Below, piece after piece: positions 58,407-64,000 of a DNA stretch of 64,000 nucleotides (position 1 is the first letter of the stretch; every line of letters starts with the position of its first letter). The DNA comes from Paraphysomonas bandaiensis (taxonomy: Eukaryota > Protista > Chrysophyceae). The notes beneath the pieces were generated by a model. That model had not been told where the DNA came from. It saw nothing but the letters and a program-made list of their open reading frames with translations, and did no database searches. Location: contig CBFFRP010000398.1 in NCBI GenBank assembly GCA_965644295.1, positions 1 through 64,000 on the forward strand, read 5' to 3'. A program made the position numbers and the translations under genes.

Positions 58407-61400
58407 TCAGTCTACTTGATTGAGTGATTGCTGCACACTAGTGTGTTTGCTCGGTGTGTTAGATTTGGCGTGAGCCATAACTTGCTGGAGCTCAACTGGT
58501 GTCAAGTGATCCAACTTGCCAGGTGCCCATCGGCTGACAAACCCTTGCGTATCTCCGACTAGGAGCTCATACATGTTCTCCCCTTCGTACACTCGTGGCA
58601 ATAGAGGTTTAGACTTGTTAAATACAGCTGGAGATAGCTTCAAGGAGCATATGTTGACACGGTGTATCTTTGTGAGAGCGTAGGACACAAGCTCTCGGAC
58701 AACCCTTCTTTCACCATTCTCCCGTTCAACTGTGTTGACCTTTAGCTTCCAGAGGTACACATACCCGTTGTCATGCCCAGTGACAGCCACTACGCCATCT
58801 TGCCAGTCTCCAGACGGAGGACACAATACCACCCTCGCTCGGTGCTTCACTGCTGACTCCTCAATCATGCTTGCAGACGATAAGAGCTCTCCGTTGAGGG
58901 AGTACAGCCGTAATTCCCCAGCAGTGAGTGTAACAATGTTTCCACTAATGCTGTTCACACCAACAGATATGACAGGCCCAGAATGATGGCCAAGTACACG
59001 AAGCAACTTCGAGCCACGAAGGTCCCATACCATAGCAGTCCTATCTTCCGAACCAGAAACAACCACAGAGAAATTTACACATATTGTGACACATAAAATA
59101 GAGCCATCATGTCCACATAAGGTCATCTGTAATATGAACACAGACATAATTACAAGAATATGTATGACATCGGAAGCACACACACCAGATGCTCTAATCT
59201 TCTATTTCCAGAAAGCTTTTGAAACTTCCACACCCTGATGGATCTATCTTCTCCTCCTACGAAATATTGCTGAGTGTGACCATCAATACATACTTGTGCC
59301 CTACCGGTTACAATGGTTTCTCCGTCAGCGCAAACGTCTACACACGAAACAGGTCGGAAGTGAAGCTGCTCATGTGTGGATACTTCCCTGTCCACCTCCA
59401 GGTGCCTACGTTATCGCAATGTTATTCAGAAGTTGTTAAAATATTGATAAACCTTGGTGAGCTCTGAGCAATATGAATCGACACTCCTCCCACAGTCTTT
59501 CCGAACCTAATAAATTTAACAAACTTTGGTGGAATCAGTGCACACCCCTCTGGAACTGCTATTAATCGGTCTCGTGATACAATACGCACGTCGCCAACAG
59601 GAAAACACTCCCCTGAGATGGAAGGGCTCAAAACCTGAGCGTAGGACACCCTGTTCAGCCACACCATAGACGGGGCACCGACTACACATAGAGGGGGTGT
59701 CATTCTCTCGTGCCATTGTGAGCCGGCCGAGTCTACCACACATCCTGCGTCCGTTCGTTTCACCACATCGGGAACAGTTTTCTTGGGATGGGGTTTCATA
59801 AACAATCGGGCAGGAGTTTGCCCGAAGTTATTGATTTGAGCGAGTGTAGCTTCTCGCAACATGGGGTCTGTAATTGCATCGATATTCACTTCCCCCTCAT
59901 ATGTCAGAGGAATAAATACATTCATTGCATTCTCAGCGGCTTGTCCACGCTGCTTGTACCCGAATATCAAATCTATCCAATTGTGAAGGTTCTCACTGAC
60001 GTGTTTGCTCTCTAGCGCCTGTCGGTGGCGACGAATGAATTCAATTGCATCACCCGCAGCCCAGGCAGGAAGCTGAACATCATCAACTTTCTCACCCTTC
60101 TGAGTTTCTCCGAATTCAAACCTGTTAGCATTTATCAGGAATTCCGGCAAGAAATAAAACTCAGGGATTAGTTCGCGCACATCTTGCAAATTATCCTGAG
60201 ATGCACTCAACCAACTGTGCTCTAAAGCCTTAAAGAGTCTATCAGGCTTATCGAACTGACCACCTTGAAGAGAAATCGCCATTCGAGCGTATGGCTGGAT
60301 TCGCATTAGATAGTAAAGCACATACCCCGCACATGAGTAGTGTGTGCCATAAAAGAAGGGTGGCGTACATCCCTCTACTCCCTCCTTGTAGAAGTCGTCC
60401 ATAGTTCGGAATCTCTCAGCGTACTGCTGGGCTCGTTTGTCTCCCAAGGCCCCCATAGGCCGAGATAAGTCTCTATACGAAGCAGGGTTGTTTAAATTTA
60501 GTGTTTGGCTCTCATAGTCAGCCAAAACCCAAGGGAAAACAGGGTACTGGGTAAGATCCTGGAAAGACCGACCAGCGGCGTAGTTCAGATGCATTAGATA
60601 CTCCAGGTTACTGATACATCCTTTCTGCCAGAGCTTGGTCACATTCGATAAAAAATAAGCCATCAGTCGTTTGTACATGAATAGCCCGCCTGCAATCTGT
60701 AAATTTTTCATTCCTACTTTGTAAAATATACTCTGCGGCATATTCATCTCCAGCAACCTTTTAAGAGTTGATTCACATTCCTAAATGACGTGTCATAAAC
60801 GAAGTAGCGTAAACATAGACGTAGACATACCACTACACTATCGCAGGCAAATAGCAAGCTGCTGCCATAGATATCCGTCACCTCCATCGCGACATTCTGT
60901 AACTGATACCTCCTCTTAAAAATAGTGTACACCTATGTTATCACATTATATATAACCACAGCATACAATGGGTTAAAACCTGATCCAAGGGCATCCTGTA
61001 ATACCCATAGTCCACATGCAGCAGTTGATACCACACTTTAGTCAGCCATTGGTTCTCCTTCTCCAAACTAGCGTCGCTATCACTGGGACACGCTTTATTT
61101 TTGCTTGCTCGGCTTTCAGTACTTTCTTTTACAGGCAAGTCGATGGTCCCTGACACACTGGCTACGACTTCTGCTGGGGAGAGGATCACCTTCTCCACAG
61201 CTTTATATTGACTGACTACCTCTGTCCATTCCAGTCTCCTGGATGAACCCTCGCCATACACTTTAAATCCATCTAGGACATGTACATTTGATGGTGTAAG
61301 TACCAGCATGGCCCCTCGAGCTTCTAGTCCACACACCCTAAACAGAATATAAAGTTCACACGACATAAAAAAATGTACCTATACCTAGATATATTTATGC

Positions 61401-64000
61401 AATGGCCACTATCCCATTCCTCAACTCCAATTATTCCACGAACTATTTCAATTAGCATTATATTTATCCGAGAGGACCTCTCGTCAGCAACGGATGGTTT
61501 GTACAGAGCAGGTACAGAATACCCAGACTGTTTGCTCATATGCAAGGGTGCCTCCTCGGCAAACGCATGAGAACCACCAGGTGGAGACCCAGACGTCTCA
61601 CCCGTGTGCGAGTTACTATCCTCTCCATCTTTGTATACAACAGACCGAACTGCATCGGGAAAAGCCATCGCCGCAGAAAATAGCTTTCCCGATATTCTCT
61701 TCTTGAAGGGAGACGGTGCTGGACTGCGGTCATGAGTAATTTCATCAGACGCTGAGGCACTAATAGATGTGGCGTCGCGCTTTTCTGGTGCATCCAACAT
61801 ATCGGTAACACGGTCATCGTATTCTGCGTCATCTATGTCTTCGTCTTCGTCATCGTTGCCGTCATCCTCCTGCATTAATTCCTCGATATCCGCAAACTGG
61901 GAGCTATACTGTACATCGACTTCGTCAGCATTCGAATTGCTGCTTTTACGCAGATACTTGTTTTGAGACATACGCTTGAACAACTCCTCCATATCTACCT
62001 CTTCTTTCAAGTGCACCTGCTCAGCCTCCTTTTCATATTCAACCCCACTAGAAATTTCATTTTGTGTATCAGTTGGATCTCCATGGCCGACTACGTTCTC
62101 GTCCACGTTGACATCATTTCCACTACTCATCACCTCATCGTCGTAGTCTTGCTCCAAACGCTTTCGTATCTTCTCCGGTCCTTCCCCGAAATCAAGTCGC
62201 CAGGAAACCTTTACGTCATCCAGGCACTTCTTCTGGTCAATCGGGGTACAGGTGAGACCAGAACTATGCTCTCGCAAGCCAGATTCCTTTGACACTGCAC
62301 TTTCAGCGACAGAGTAGTTTTCCGGCTTTATACCCCACACCGGGCTCGATTGTAGAGACCCCCATACCTGCTTCCAAGAAATACACCCCCTCGCGATAAG
62401 GGCAACACCATAAACTAACCAGCGGTGCGTGTTACTGATAATGCCATTTACTTGTGACGAAAATTCTGCATTCCAGTGGGGCAGCGCAGGCTCATCAGAT
62501 GAGTGTGCATCAAACTTTATCTTTTCATGAATGAGTTCCCTCACTGAAGATGTCGCAGACATAATGGACGGCATGGCGACTGCTGTGTTCGTATCAATTG
62601 ACGTTATCAACTCAGCACATAGTGAGCGATTGTCAGTCAACCAGTACGAAAATTCAGCAATCCTGGCCTCCTCTCCGTCATAGTCCACATTTGCATTTCG
62701 AAGTAGTTTCGCATACATCGATGTTCCTCCGACCGTATCAGGAATGAGTTTAGCAAACCCGTTGTAAAGAACTAACTCTTGGTTATCTGGAACGTCAGAT
62801 GTGTCGGTTCCTTTTTTTGTACGTACTGGAGATAACACTTCTAGCATAAACTGTCTTCTGTGAATCAATAGTGCGGCACAGACTCGCATTGCTTCCGTTC
62901 TCATTTTCTGGTCATCATCCAAAAAAAGAGTGTAGGAATTGATCAGCATCAAAAGGGAGAACATTTGACTAATTCGACATTTATCCGAATTTGCTACGAC
63001 CAAAGAAGCTTCAACAGTGTTCGTAGAGCGCTTAGCACCGAGACTACCACTTACAGATATTCCTGTGGAAACGCCTGAATCAAATCCAGGCACAACAGTC
63101 ATGCCATATGCCTCTAACATCAGTAATGGTCCTTTTCTATCATCAACTTCACGCCTGGATTTCAGCAAAGAGGGGTCTGATACCTCATCAAACACTGGCA
63201 AACAAAGCACATGCAAGTTTGCTCGAATAGTTTCGAGTGTGTGTAGACGATTATTCCACCCTTCAGCAGTGTTCAGTGCCGAATGAATATTCAACAGAGC
63301 GAAGAAGCGTGCGGAAGAACCGATATCTTTCACGAATTGCGAGTGCTTGTCCAGGAGCCAGTTAGAAGCTTCTGTACTCGCTATGGTTTCTAACGCAAAT
63401 AGAGAGACTTCCAAGACATCAAAAAGTACAGTATCATGCAGAAGGCGCGCCCGTGCTATGGGAACCAAAAACGTAAATACATTACACGCAGTCTGTAAGG
63501 TTCCCATATCTCTTGGAATACGATCTTCAACATCACATGATGCGAATACCATATCTTCAAATACACATTTCAATACTCGCTTTATTTTTTTAAAAAGCAG
63601 GACGTGATAGCCACATACGAAAGCCTCTGTTATATGTTTGGGGAAGGCCAAGAAAAAATTTGCCACAGTTTGAGGGTTCCCATATTTTGTCACTGCACTG
63701 TGCAGCACCTTGAACATGATGTCCTCCAAGCTGGTCCCGTCAGGGCTAAATAAAATAACTTCTGACCACGAAGACGGTGCTGGCGGTTCAGACAACAGAC
63801 GAACACGAGGGTTGTCTGATACTGGCTTCATATCAACATGGGTACAAGTCTCGCCGGATTTATCTGTGACCTCCCCGTAGTCGATGGAGATATAGTCTTC
63901 CTGGATACTCGCACTCAGGTCCGTATCATCGCCACTGTATATGTGAGAGCCGTAGTCATCACAAGCGTTGGAGCACATCAAGAGTGTCTTCACCAGAACT
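58407..64000 (-). CDS. BEACH-domain protein (PH-BEACH-WD40 C-terminus; neurobeachin/Lvs-like); 5' end lies outside the window
   Basis: WQKGCISNLEYLMHLN..GRSFQDLTQYPVFPWVL, YGTHYS, DVRELIPEF, WIDLIFGYKQRG and NFGQTP. WD40 repeats (VVSGSEDRTAMVWD). Upstream WRLDFGEGPEKIRKRL. Confidence 0.93.

Overview
AT-rich eukaryotic nuclear DNA with short GT-AG introns and the standard genetic code. A full-length silicon transporter plus ciliary genes (RABL2 and a TMEM237-like gene) suggest a flagellated, silicifying stramenopile such as a chrysophyte or synurophyte; this assignment is inference only. About 16 host genes are present: a vWA-CaaX protein, an S10 serine carboxypeptidase, an ankyrin protein, a hypothetical protein, CorA, Fes1/HspBP1, RABL2, a very large IQ-CLU-LamG-LRR protein, a small KP-repeat membrane protein, MMAB (missed by the ORF track and carrying an in-frame TAA), CLP1, endonuclease I, a TMEM237-like gene, GH130, SIT and the 3' part of a BEACH-WD40 gene. 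Twelve of them lie in six head-to-head pairs. Transposons cluster at about 2.3-3.6, 7.0-7.7, 11.8-15.1 and 32.9-42.9 kb. They include a gag-only Copia element with a 108-bp fold-back hairpin, hAT derivatives with 8-bp TSDs, three elements of an unclassified AAGTCGA-terminus family with 3-bp TSDs, and an intact chromodomain Ty3/Gypsy element with identical LTRs but no TSD or tRNA PBS. The best leads are the hairpin Copia element, the SIT whose halves are about 50% identical, the AAGTCGA family and the MMAB nonsense codon. No rRNA, tRNA or CRISPR was seen. All assignments come from motif recognition by eye; no database searches were run.
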